64,000 bases of DNA. Source: Camelus ferus (taxonomy: Eukaryota). Below are positions 39,256-52,090 of the stretch, piece by piece (the first letter of the stretch is position 1; each line of letters begins with the position of its first letter). The translations under genes and the position numbers were made by a program. The notes below the pieces were generated by a model. It searched no databases and was not told the DNA's origin. It saw only the letters and a program-made list of their open reading frames with translations. The stretch covers positions 33,668,001 through 33,732,000 of the forward strand of contig NC_045697.1 in the NCBI RefSeq assembly GCF_009834535.1, given 5' to 3'.

Positions 39256-41651
39256 AAACATTCCCACATTTTAAAAAAACAGGTGTTTTCATCATAGTAC
39301 ACAATCTTAAATTGGAATTGTATGAAGTAATTTGCTTATTCTACTTCTTTTAAATATTTTATCACAATGTATGAATAAAGAAAAGCTATTGTTGGCTTAC
39401 TGATCTTTTTGGCAATCAACTAAATTCAAATATCTAATAAACTAAACCTACAAATTGCCCAGCACTATGCTAAGATCTTCAGCTTTTTATAAATACAATG
39501 GGCATATTCATTTTAATCTTGTTCAGTTTAAGAAATAAAACTGAACTTGTATTAAAGAAGCATGGCCCTTTCATCCAGTATCCAAATATAGTCACTTTAC
39601 AATAAAAAAAAGTTATCAAATAATCATAATGTCATATGAAAGTTACTACAAAAAAGAGATAGAAAACATGGAGAAATGCCATGAATTAATACTAATGAGA
39701 ATCAGAAATGGCCTCAGTGAGAGGGGATATTAGTGCTGTGATTTATAGGCGGTCGTCAACAAGACGAGCAGAAGGCAATCGTGGCAAAGGATTTAGGTTG
39801 AAAAGACATCAATGTATGGCCACACAGAATATGTCCAGAGAATTTCATGTTGCCTGGGTGGCTAGATCATAGAATAGGTGGAAGGAGAGGGTGAAAGGTG
39901 ACATTAGAGTTGGATTGTGTTTTGTCCTGAATATCATGGTAAGGATTCATATTTTATCTCAAAGGTGATGGAGAGCCAATCAATTGAGATTCAAAGGCAA
40001 GTGTGAAATGAAAGGAAATATTCTGACATCAGCATGTAGAATGAGGGGGCTGCAAACATGAGATCAAGGAGCTAAATAAGGCCACCACTTGAGCAGAAAC
40101 GCAAGGAGTAATTGTGTAATGAAAAATGGATTACATATCACTCAACCTCTATGATGAATGCCAGCATTGTAGATCTGCTCTTTAAGGGACATATTTGAAT
40201 AATTCAGTTAGCACAATCTCTACGGGGCATTTTCAATTCTACGGTTTATTCTTAGAGTCGCCAGAAGGTATTATTCTATTCACAATGCAACCTTTTCCAA
40301 AATAAAAAAGCAATAGCTTCCCCCTTCACATTTGCTTTTCTGCTAAAAGAAACATTAGACCTAGTCTTATTTATGAGTAAAGAATATATCGTTCTCATTT
40401 ATGGAGGATTATTAGATATTATATGATATATTGGTTAGAAAAGTATGCATTTGAAAATACGCAAAAATAGAATGATATCTTTACCCTTCCCATTTTGCAT
40501 TCAGGAGAAAAACAGATTTGTATTCCCTTCTCTCCATGACACGGGTAGGAACACCATAAACTAGGAGGGAAGGAGTTTTGGCACCAAACCACATTAAGTT
40601 GTTACTAATGGGTGAGGAAATAAAATTGCAGGAAACTGAAGGAAGAAATGGAAAGGTATCAGAATGTTGGAATAAATGCCAAATGAAATAGCTCCCTCTG
40701 TTAAAAGTACACTTGTATCCATCTGTTTAGTTTTCAACTGATAAATGCACACGGGGCATCTTGACAATAATATTATTCCACAAGCAGACAGACATACGGG
40801 CCTTACTTAATAAATGATACCACTGATTAGCATTTATCTTAATACTAATGATACAGATTCATGAATCTGTTTGCCCAGAACACCAAGTTGATGAATGTTA
40901 CCCTGAGGAGTTTTTAAATGAGAACATAACCCAAAACAATGTTAAATGGATGACATTATTTTACATCCTCCAAAATAAAATGAGAGGGATAGCATTTAAG
41001 AACTTGGATGATGGATGCATATTTGACATCAAGAAAACATACTAGAATATAATAGCAAGAATTTCATATAATTTTCCCCAGGAGAGAGATTAATTTTCAA
41101 AATGCACACAGCACAATAATACTGATTAGGTAACATTGTAAGTAAGTTCACAATGACTGAACCACCCAGGGTGTATTTTCATAACCAAGTGGCCAGCATT
41201 GAGTTTCTGCTTCCAATTAGTCAGAAAGAGAATTAACCTTTAACTATGAGCTATATAGGAATTATTCATTGAAGATTAAGACAAATAAAATCCATATAGT
41301 TCAAACAATTTATGGAATCCAATTTGAAAAGTCATAAAACCTATATGTATCCTATTAACTTATTTTTCCTACCTCTCTATTCATGCTTGAGTTTGAGAAT
41401 AGCTTTGTTTGTTTGATTCTCATTTCCACTTTCTTCTAAACTAGCTGTACTTCTCTATCATTAATATTGAAAATAAAAGGCAGGCACTTTCTAACTAGTA
41501 TTCAATTCAGTTGGAAATAGGATCTGATGATCAATGAGACTTTCAGAAATTGAAAAATAAAAAGCATAACACAAATCACTACACAACAAAGGGGCTAAAT
41601 CCTTTAAATGTTAAAAATTTAATAGCAATGTTCTCACAAGAGTAGGGAATT

Positions 41652-42009
41652 GCCTTAGTCAGTTCAGGCTGCTATAACAGAATACCATACACTCCATGGC
41701 TTAAACGACAGAAGTGTTATTTCTCCAGTTCTGGAGGCTGAAAGGCCATGATCAAGGTGCCAGCATGGTTGGGTTCTTCCAGGTTGCAGATGGCCAACTT
41801 CTCATTGTATCTCCATGTAGCAGAGCAGAAAAAGGAAGCAAGCTCTTGTAACTCTTATAAGGGTGCTAGTCCCATTCATGGGGGCTCTACCCTTATGGCC
41901 TCATCCAATCCTAATTATCTCCCAAAGCACCACCTCCTAATACCATCACAGGCAGGGTAGGGGTTCAACACATGCATGTTGGGAGGACACAGACATTCAG
42001 TCCCTAACA
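41652..42009 (-). mobile_element. MaLR solo LTR (MLT1-type)
   Basis: ttagtcagttcaggctgctataacagaatacca ... cagttctggaggctg ... ggacacagacattcagtccctaaca. Confidence 0.85.
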
Positions 42010-42069
42010 AGAATCATATTTAACTGAACAAATACAATTCAACATGGAGGAGAATTAATTAATATGTCA

Positions 42070-42117
42070 TGAAATTCAACAACAAAAAAGAAAACTACTT
42101 ATACTATGCATTTTATT
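42070..42117 (-). terminator. Candidate distal polyadenylation site of GABRA4
   Basis: Minus-strand AATAAA (plus tttatt 42112-42117) followed ~20 nt downstream by the U/GU-rich element TTTTCTTTTTTGTTGTTG. Confidence 0.5.
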
Positions 42118-45100
42118 AGTATGCATTCATACAGGAATGTGTGCGTATGTCTACAGGTTGCGGAACATCTGTGGTCAACTTTTTTCTCTCAGGTATGTTC
42201 TCTTTTTTTTAAGGTATAAATCAATTTTTTCTTCAGACAACAATTGTTCTAGAATATTTAAAATAATAGAGATCAAAATTTCCATAAAATTTGATCACAG
42301 ACACTTAAAAGATAAATGTATTGGAGCTACACTCTGGAATCAGATAGATACAATGTTTGTATTTTAGGGACTCCAGGAAAATATTTTAAATACTCATTCT
42401 CCAGTGGAAACTGAAACATGAAGTATTGTCCATGCTATATACTCAGGTATAAATTTTGTTTTTAAGAAGCAAAGGAAGTTCATTACAACTAGTGATAAGT
42501 TTAGCTTTGAGAAGCAAGGGAAATTTGCTTAAAGAGACAGCATTAAAAGAAATCATTTCGTGCTCAATTATTTTAAAATACTAAACCAACATTTGATAAT
42601 ATCCTTCTTTTCAAGACATATCTGCCAAAACAAAATCATAATGATTATGTGCTCCGCATTATCATTTTCCACAGTAATACTCTTACACAGAAAAATCATT
42701 AATTTCAGAGGGGCAAATGTGATTGCTATATGCTCCAGGAATTTGTAGTTTGTAAGAAAACTGTATTCTCCTGAAATCAAAACCCTGTATCTCTTACAAA
42801 TTTTGAAATGTTTTAAATATCACACTTTTTATTATTTGCTATTCTGTTTGAGCAAGAATAATGAAGCTTAAAGAATAATAAATTTAGTTCTTATGATATG
42901 ATAAAATACACATCATTATTTTTCTTTAATTTCATAATATGGAATATTTTCAATTGTACAATTAAACACACAACTTAAAATGATTTAGAGGGCAGGCAGA
43001 TAAGCTTTTATTCCTCAGTTTCTACAGCATTCCAACTGAAAAACCAAACAGAATACTTTATTTTTTCTTCAGTTCTCAACATTTTTAGCAGAAAATTATC
43101 AAGTTTTCATTGTTAAAGATAAACCAGTGGAAAATTTAACTTCTTATTTACTATGGCCATTCAATGTCTTATAGTATAGAATATGGCTTTGCATGAAAAC
43201 TGGATTTTAATTCAATTTATAAGTGAAACTCCCTTAAAGTCATAAAATGTTGCCTCATCAATCAACAATAATTTATATATATATCTTAAAAAATGAAAGC
43301 TCTGATTTATTGCATATTTGAATGAGGAAACAATGTCCACAATCAGTAAAATGACCACAAACATGTTCCTTTATAACAGCAAACATCTGCAGAGATGGAA
43401 TGCAGGCCTCCCTTCACAAATACAGAGGGCTGAAAAATACTGTCAGTCAAAGGTTAACTACAATAATATCTTCTGTTATTATGGTTTCTTTTCCTTCCCC
43501 CAAAGGGAAGAGCTTACTATCAACTGTGTTATCACAGATTTAATCCTGATTTAATACCTGATTCCAGTGACACCTGATGAGCAGAAGGGAAAAAGCAAGT
43601 AGCTCTGATTGTCAGGAAAAGATATCAGTAAAAGATACTTTGGTCCATCCTGATCTAATGGAAATAAAAATCATAGACGGTGATTCAGTTTAAAAGGATG
43701 AAATAAAAACTTTTATAATTCACTCCTCTTCTATGAAATCCCTCCAAAAAACTGATAATAAAGACATATTGGGGAAAAAATGAAAACCACATCCATAATT
43801 ACAATTGATGATGAACTCTAATAAATAACTTCTCAAGTTAAGAGGCATTAACAGGAGAAAAACTACTGACTGATACATATCTTGATAGGATGTAGATTTC
43901 ACTAAGTGTCATGGTGCTCAGGTGTCCTCCAATGACTATTTGAAGCCACCATGATATGAAGCATGAAAAGGCAAGACACAAACATAGTCCCATCTTCACT
44001 GGTTTCCAGTTATATACTCCCACATGGTAGAATATGGGAGGAAAGAAAAATTGCTGGTCGATTCTATTTGACAGCTGTGAAACAGGCTGCTGGGTAACGT
44101 GGACTACCAGCCTTAGTGTAGGAAAGCAGGAAGAAGTGGTGAGGACCACGAGAGCACTAATAACACGGAGAAAATAAAACTGAGGGAGTTTTACACTGTG
44201 AGCCACGTAGACCACCCCGATGTCAAAAACAGAGACAAGATATGGTCCCTGGGCAGAGGATAAAAGAAATTTGGGAAGGTGGGTTTGAAACCTGAAATTT
44301 AAATAGCTGCTGTGGGCTGATCTGATTCATTCTCCCACCGCTTCCCACACTACAGTTCAGTAAATAGCTGGCTTCATTCAGTGATTAATAGACAGATACC
44401 AGCCTGGCACATAGGCAAAGAAGGAAAAACTCAATGCAAAAGCAGATGAAGTTCATACCAGAGAAAAAAACCTCTTCAGGAAACAAAGAAGAAATGTATA
44501 CAGATAATTCTCTGTAGTCTCAAATAAACTATAAACATGACCTCATTAATAGAGTGAGAAGCTCAAAGGTAATATTTTAATAGAGATTATAAAAACAAGC
44601 AGAGAAATGAAAAAAATGAAATAGCACAGACCAAGAAAACAAGGGAAAAGAATAAAGCCATTATGAAGTTGAAAATCACTTTAGAGATTACAAAATAAAC
44701 ATAACTGAAAACTCACTTGGGTTACAACTGACAAAAGTTGGCAATATTTTTAAAAAATATACAAGTGAATATAGAGAATACTTTAAGTAGTTATAGAAAA
44801 AAAAAGAACATTCTGAAAAAAAATTACTTAGACATGCAATAGGGAAAAATCTTTCCTGAAATAAAGTCTGAAACCTGGAATAAAAAGACACAGTGTCCCT
44901 GATATGTCTTGCTTTAATTAAAACTATCTAATTTCAATCATTTCTTCAGTTTCACCCTTATACTTTTATCTTAAATTGAAATAAAGATAAATTTCATGTT
45001 TTTTAAAATTATTTAACAGCATTCATATATGGCATATTTGGCCCTAAATTTACAATATTCTGTCTTTTAATCAATCTGCTCTTCAATACAAACATCTTAT

Positions 45101-48100
45101 ACAGTGATAGCATGATATTCATGAGATAGTAACAATTTTGAGAATTTTTAATTTTCTGCAATACCTATCTTTATTTTCAACAATCACATATCATTTTTAC
45201 AAATGACAATGAAGTCATTGGATAAAAAAAAAAGAATTAGAAGGCAATGGTTAATTAAGAAAGAAAAGAAAAATGAGATCTCTCAATTCTTACCCTACCT
45301 CTAGATTCAAGGCCCTCCATCCTGTAGCTCCTACAGCGATCAGATGACTTCTCTAAAACAGAAGCATAGCATGTTCACTGTCATCTCTTATCCTGCAAGA
45401 TTTTCAGCAAATTACCACTGATCCAGGATCACGTCTCATTTCTTTAGTAATTTACATAAAACTCTCTCCAATCTGCCCCAGCAGGTCTTTCCATCATCAG
45501 CCCTCACTTTCCCGCATTCACCTTCCCTCCCAATATCCTGAACTATTTGTAGTAAGCATTCCCCTTGAAGTTCCAAATCTATATCCCTTTTCTTGCTTCA
45601 GTTGGTAGTGAAAATGTCCTTTTGTTGTTTGTTTCTGGGAGGAAGTGGGGGGGCCAAGAACTCCAAATTATTCTACAAAATTCATTTTAATGTTTCTGTG
45701 AAGCCCTTTCTGCAATCACTGTTTTTTTCCCCATCTCCCCATCAACAGTCATAAAATCACGTGCAGCCTTTTCCCACCCTTTTATATCAGGACCATGCCA
45801 AGTCTGAGGAAAAATGAAAAAATATTAATCCTGATACTATATTTATTTAAAATGGGGATATTTTGGTCATCATGGATTTTTGCAGATATCTTTATTTTTT
45901 TTAATGACTGAAAAATGACCTTCCAAAGATCATTCTAGCTCTGTGCTTTTATCTCTGTCACTGACTTCTCTATGATTCATGTCCACCTGTAAAAGATGGA
46001 CATCTCTATTATCTGCCAACTCTAATTCAAGACTTGTGAGGTCCAATTTAAAATAAACATTATCCAAATACTCTGTATATACACAAATGCAAGTCATTTT
46101 TAACTGTGGATTAATCATGTAAATATATTATCATACCTAGTCTTGCATGGAGGAAACTGGAAGTAATTATGTAGCAGTTAGTGGCCAACTTGGAGTTGAA
46201 AACCAGAATAGAGATACTGGTAGTGAATGAAACAATTTTGAATTTCATCTTTAAAAGATAGAGACATACAAAGATACCATTCTCAGCTATTCTTCTTTGC
46301 AAATTGCCAGGACTTTTGAGCTCTCCTAATGACTGTTGTGACATTTCCTTATGGTGAAAAGAGACTGGTTCTTCACAAAAGTAGTTAATGTAGCTCTGAG
46401 TGACTGAAAAGATAGAAACAATGACCACAACAAAAAATTAATTTGAATTAATTTGATGGAATTCAGTTAAGGAAAACACATTCTACATTTTTAGTACTGA
46501 CACTGTGTTCAGTTGAAATAATTCCTTTTTGTACTAATGATTACACATTCTGGTCAATTTATTCTCCCAAGCAACAATTAAGAATCTTTGGTTAATTTTG
46601 TCCTTTGTCTTTGTTTAGCTACCTGATTTATTTAAAAATCTTCATATACAAAGATAAGGAAAAAACTATGAGTTCACTTACATCATGGATCTACAAATCA
46701 AAAATCACTTATTTTTATCCCTTTGAGAACTGTAAACATTTATAGGAGAAGAATTCTTTTTAAAAAAGGAAGCCAATGAAATATTTCTCAAGAATAGATC
46801 GATAGACAAAGAGTGCTTTCCTCACCAAAGAAATAAGGTCATTTTGTTGGAATAAAGAACAACCACAGCTTCTGACCACAATTTCAAGCATTGTTCTTAG
46901 GGCTAGAAATCTACTCACATTCATGAAATAATTTATTATCAGCTTTTTTGTATAAGTACTCTTTATTAAATATATACACATATACACACTTTACTGGACT
47001 TCATATTACTGGCAGCAATTTGTAAACGAGAGGTTTGGATTGGATGGTTTCTAAAGTATTCTTCAGCCTTAAAATTACTGACAATTCTAGGAAATACCTA
47101 GAGACATAGCCAAGAAGGAATTCTCAGATATGACTCACAATTAATATTTGGCATTTGCACATTTTACAGGTCTCATATACAACCATTCCAAGGTAATGCA
47201 ACAACTAAAAAACTAATGCCAATCAATTAATATAATTTCTTTTCTAAAAAAATAGGAGATCCTGTTTGCAAGGTGGACATTTCTATCAAAATGTTCCCCA
47301 AACAGCCAAAACACATTCATTGACACAACCCAAATCAGAAAGGGAGAAAAACAGAAGAAAAATCTTGGAAGTAACACACACACACACACGCACAAAAAAC
47401 TAGACCTAGATTTAGCGGCATAGGACAGCTGCAAAAAATTCAATTAAGTTGTTAAGCCTACCTAATGAAAAAGAAAAATCAGCACATGAAAATCCTGATA
47501 AATTGCATAACAGAGTCAGCAGCATCCTAGCCCTTGGCTATGATTGTTTTACTCCATTCCCTTGCTGTTCTTTTAATTTTAAAATACTCACCTTCCTTAT
47601 GAAACTATACAAAAACTCTCCCAAAATAAACACAAAACTGCCCAGAAATACAGAACTATGGACACAAGAGCTCCCTAGAAGCTTAGCGTTTCACCAGCTT
47701 GGAGAAGCATCTAAAAGGCCTTGTATTGAATTCCTGATTCTGATGATTCTGTGATTCTGATCAAATTCTGTTCAGTGATTCTGATCAAATTTGAGAAAGG
47801 TAATCTATCAGGTCTTACAGTGCCCAGATATCTACTTTGAGGTACACAGTGTTTTTCACGTAGAGAACAATCTGTACATTTTTCTTATACTTCGAAGTCA
47901 ATTGCTGAAGTTGTGCTAATGTGTACTAATCTCAAAAATGGCTATGTGGACAATGTACTTGTCATCCTCTATCCATAAAGGAGAAACAAATATTTTGAAT
48001 CTGTTGTCAGACTCCAACTAAATTTCCTCCGTGAAAGAATGTGGAGTCCTCTGCTAGCTCATGGTTCATCAGCATGCATTGACTGCTCTACTAATTGCGT

Positions 48101-48888
48101 AAAATTGCAGATAAAGGTGAAAGACCTTTTCTAGAGAGAGTGTCTAGCATAGTGCCTGGAACACAGAAGGCTCTGAATAACTATATGTTGAAAGAATACA
48201 TAACTGAATGAACTATTATCAAAAAGAATTCATACACTGAGTTAACCTTTGGCTCGAAGCACACATTTTCAAGTCAACTGTTAAGTCCTTTTTGGCCAAC
48301 ATATGACAGAGTACATCTTCCTTGGTCTCTGTCTTTGTTGCAACAGAGGTTGCACGCTCTTTGTCAGTATTTGTTGTGTTCCATTTTCCTTTTTAAAAGG
48401 TTTCATGTAACAGGGAAAATCCTTTTCTTGCAGATACTAAGAGGATCTCCGAAGGTCACTGCATATAATATCCAATAATTCTGATTAAGAGCAGTGTCAC
48501 TGGGAAACTTAGGGTGGTTGGTTGATATTCAGAGTGTATATTAAAAAATGCCATTGTCTGTTTTAAAATTTCAATGCATAAATATGCACCACTGATTTCT
48601 AATAGCCCTATTTCTCTTGTCCCAACTTCCCAGGATGGTCTGTATTCCGTCTAATCTGAATGCTGAATTGATTCTATTTAAATCATCTTTCTGAAATGAA
48701 AGACGGCTCACTTTCCCTTCACTGAGGAATTAATTAACTCTCCCAATGACTGGCTTGGATTTTTTAAATGGAAAAACTACATAGCATTTTTATTTTAGTA
48801 AAGAACAATTGTTTAATCTTTAAAAACATTTAAAAAGACATTCTGCATTAAGTTCATCATCTTTTAGGAAATTCCTATAGCAACAAAA
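42090..48888 (-). other. GABRA4: Probable long GABRA4 3'UTR; the end is uncertain and may extend to ~40230
   Basis: AT-rich sequence after the stop. Minus-strand AATAAA at 48794-48789, 43012-43007, 42117-42112 and 40250-40245. Human GABRA4 is recalled to have a multi-kb 3'UTR. Confidence 0.5.
44380..44900 (+). mobile_element. Old L1/HAL1 ORF1-like fragment
   Basis: A-rich coiled-coil-like stretch ending gaaaaatctttcctgaaataaag, reminiscent of the ORF1 ENFPE motif. Confidence 0.4.
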
Positions 48889-49419
48889 TTACATTAGACT
48901 TTCTGATTTCTCCATGGTGTCCTTAGATAAATAAACAACCCAATAGACCATATTAAATGCCCCAAATGTTACTGGAAAGAGAATGCGGGCATATTTATCT
49001 ATTTTACTTGTGCCAGATCCAGAAGGTGGTGGAGCAGAGGGAGGAGTGGTGGCTGACAACTTCCCAGAAGCCCCTATGCTGTTAACTGTGGTCTTAATTC
49101 GCTCCAGTCTTGATCCAAATGCACGCTGGGTAGAAGCAGATCCAAGTGGAGCCTGTCGGGGCACATACCCAGTTCTACCGGGAGTAGAGGGAGGAGCAGA
49201 TGGACTTGCTCGGGCGGCAGATATAGTCTCAGCTGCATTTGCATGGCTGAACGGGTTTGGACTGGAAGCTAAGTAAGACTGTGTAGCTTCAGAAGATCCT
49301 TGGACTACCGTGGACGATTTGCTTAAATGGTTTCCCACCTCAGTTCTGTTGCCAACATCAGGTTCAGAGTGAACCAAGGCATTTGTTCTTTTTCTCATAT
49401 TCAGATTGGCATTTGCGTT
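48889..49419 (-). CDS. GABRA4: GABA-A receptor alpha-4 subunit, last coding exon (M3-M4 intracellular loop, TM4, C-terminus)
   Basis: Translation [31 protein letters not shown]...[42 protein letters not shown] matches the recalled GABRA4 C-terminus. The minus-strand acceptor tttttgctatgccttttcag ends at 49420, so the exon starts in phase 0 at 49419 (176 codons plus stop). The MPFQ start in the ORF track is intronic. Confidence 0.97.
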   Translation of the reverse strand, partial: NANANLNMRKRTNALVHSEPDVGNRTEVGNHLSKSSTVVQGSSEATQSYLASSPNPFSHANAAETISAARASPSAPPSTPGRTGYVPRQAPLGSASTQRAFGSRLERIKTTVNSIGASGKLSATTPPSAPPPSGSGTSKIDKYARILFPVTFGAFNMVYWVVYLSKDTMEKSESLM

Positions 49420-51424
49420 CTGAAAAGGCATAGCAAAAATTATATTGGTTAGGTAACTTTATGTAGATGTATACAACATCTCAATGGATCAAATAATTAC
49501 AGATGAGCTATTTCCATAAAATAAAGTTTTATTCACATGCAATAGCTGCTCAGCTTGATGTAAAAGCTTAAAAATACCTAACTAAAAAAGGGCATGTATA
49601 TATTTGGAACTCTGAATCAAAAATCTTCTATTTCAAAATATTACCCATTCTTTTAAATAATTAGAATTTTAATCTATACAAGAAAGATTAGGCTTTTAGG
49701 ACTATAAACTGTAGTTATACTCGATTTTACTTTAGGAGTTCGGGACTATAGCTGTGCAATTTCTTTGTTCAGTTTTATTGTAAATAATATTCTCTGATAT
49801 GTTGTATGCATTCCAATGAATTTTGTATATGTTTTGCAAACAGGAAGAACTGTATCTATTTTGTGCACAGAAACAAAACAATAATAACCACCTGAATGTG
49901 CATGACATTCCTTAGAAAAAGACAGATACTACAAAAGCTTTAATTTCCAAATCCCTGGAATTTATTTTCGGTCTTCCAGAGACCATTATACACATTATTG
50001 TAAAATCTAGAAATCCTAATGCATTTTAGTTTCTCACCACAGTTAATAAACAGAACAAAGGAAAATTATTCTTAAACAAAATGTCATATTAGATGTATAA
50101 ATAGCATCACCATATTATTGCATAAATATCTGAGATCAAACCACTTACCGATAGTGTTTAAGTTGAAATGAGTTCACTAATTTTCATAAAATTATTTTAT
50201 GTGTAGAACAAGACTATTTGGACACAGATGGTAAACATTAAAATTAATTCTCCTTACATTTTGGCAGGAATGATAAATAACCATATAGCCAACTATAGAT
50301 GGTTCATACTAATGAAGGAAAGTAATTGCTCAAATGATTCCCAAAATAGTCATGCCTGTCTTCCGAAGATACAATGATTTTTTTTTTGCAACAACTTTTC
50401 CTCCTTCATTATGTCTATCCTAAGTTATACTAAGGGTATATGATAATTGGTGTTTCTATCCTCTTCTACCATTTTATGAAATAAATGGTGTGTGAGGAGA
50501 TGGAGAAGTAGAGGAGAAAGAGGGGAAGAAGAAGAGCTCAGAAGTGGGTGATCAGACAGAGCCAGCCTGCAAGGAATTTTACAGATAATATTATATATTA
50601 TACATAATTAGTTGTCAGTTCACTTTACAGAGAAATGTTTATTCTACAAATAGAATCTGTTTTCAATACTACACTTATCAAGCAGGTTGAAAGTGTTCAG
50701 CCCACATCTCATATACTTGTGAACTATGGCTCCAAGTTCCTTGAGTAGAGAAGAAAAAAAAAAAAAAAAAAAAAGCCTCACAACATGCAGAACCCAAGCA
50801 GAATCTGAAACATTTAGAAAGTGTTCTTCATGTCAGCCTGGAGCATTCTTCTAATCAGTTTGCAGTTGAACTCATGAGAAATTGCAGTCTAACTTATGGC
50901 ACCTAATTGGGTAGAGACAATGAAAACCAAAGTTGACATCAGCCTAAAAGCTAAAGGTATCATTATTTACCTTGCACTTTTCCTCTACAAAGCACATGGT
51001 AAATGCCATCTAATTAATCCTCAGATTTTGACTCCCTCTTTACAGAAAGAGATAATCATTAGTTAACTAGCATTAATGCTAAAATGTTGTACACATGGTG
51101 GAAAACACAAAGAAGGATAAGGTATACCTACAAAATTTAAAGAGCTTACACTGTCATTGGCAAAATAATATGCACACCCATGCACATGACGCAGTCAAAA
51201 ATACAACAAAAAGTGAAATAGAATGAAAGTTCAAACTGTGGCAACATGCCGAATATACTAAGAAGGGAAGGAAGGAAGTAATAATGGACCTATTGGATAA
51301 GGAGAAGAGAAATACACATTTTCAAATATAGACTTGTATTCGCATACTGCCTTCTTCCACCAAAAGTTGGGTTGCCCATAATCTTTAGAAACTCATATTT
51401 TTTCATTAGACTAAACTCTAAGAA

Positions 51425-51706
51425 TTGGAGATTTCTACTTCTGACCAAAATGGAATAACAGGACTGAATTTACTCTCCTGCATGAAATGACCAAAAAAAA
51501 AAAAAAAAATTGGGTATTAGACAACACAGGACACAAGCTTTGAGAGAGAAGAAACAAACTTGAGTTTGCATGCTGTGGTGCAGGAAAGGAACATCCAGGA
51601 ACAATCTGACAGACTCCCTAAACTGATGAGATGAAGCTGAGAATCTGAGGAAATCGAGGTGGCTAGAGTTTACCGAAGAAAGTAACAGAGAAGCTCATGC
51701 TGAGGG

Positions 51707-51737
<31 letters not shown>

Positions 51738-52090
51738 ACTTCAAAAATCTGGAGTCTCCACTGACATTTTTGCTAAGCACAGATGTGAGGTAACTACCCA
51801 AGGCAAAAAGAACCACCTGAAAGGATTAGAAGAAACACTACCCAGCACACACCAAGCCAGAAATTGTGCATGTTCCTGCCAGCCATACTGGAAAATCTCA
51901 ACATTTGTGTCACATTTGGTAGAGTCCTCAGAAGGGTCTTGCCTCATGGTATATGAAATAGAGAATAATTAGCACCAAACACTGCTCTAATCCTGCCTAA
52001 TGAATTTTAAAAGTAAGACGTCAAAGGATGAAACTAACGCTAAGTAACTGAACGGAACCCCAGGAGGAAGTACAAGAACATTTATGGGAC
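51425..52090 (+). mobile_element. Old L1M 5'-region fragment with (AG)n
   Basis: acttctgaccaaaatggaataacaggactgaatttactctcctgc resembles L1ME 5' ends; (AG)n at 51711-51737. Confidence 0.5.

Noticed and set aside
44135..44160. Possible REST/RE1 site (ggaccacgagagcact)
   Set aside because: Only a partial match, lacking the TTCAGCACC half-site.
48983..49276. 97-aa plus-strand ORF
   Set aside because: Antisense shadow of the GC-richer GABRA4 exon; no independent evidence.
49420..49431. ATG-initiated MPFQ extension of the GABRA4 ORF
   Set aside because: It overlaps the polypyrimidine tract and AG acceptor, so it is intronic.
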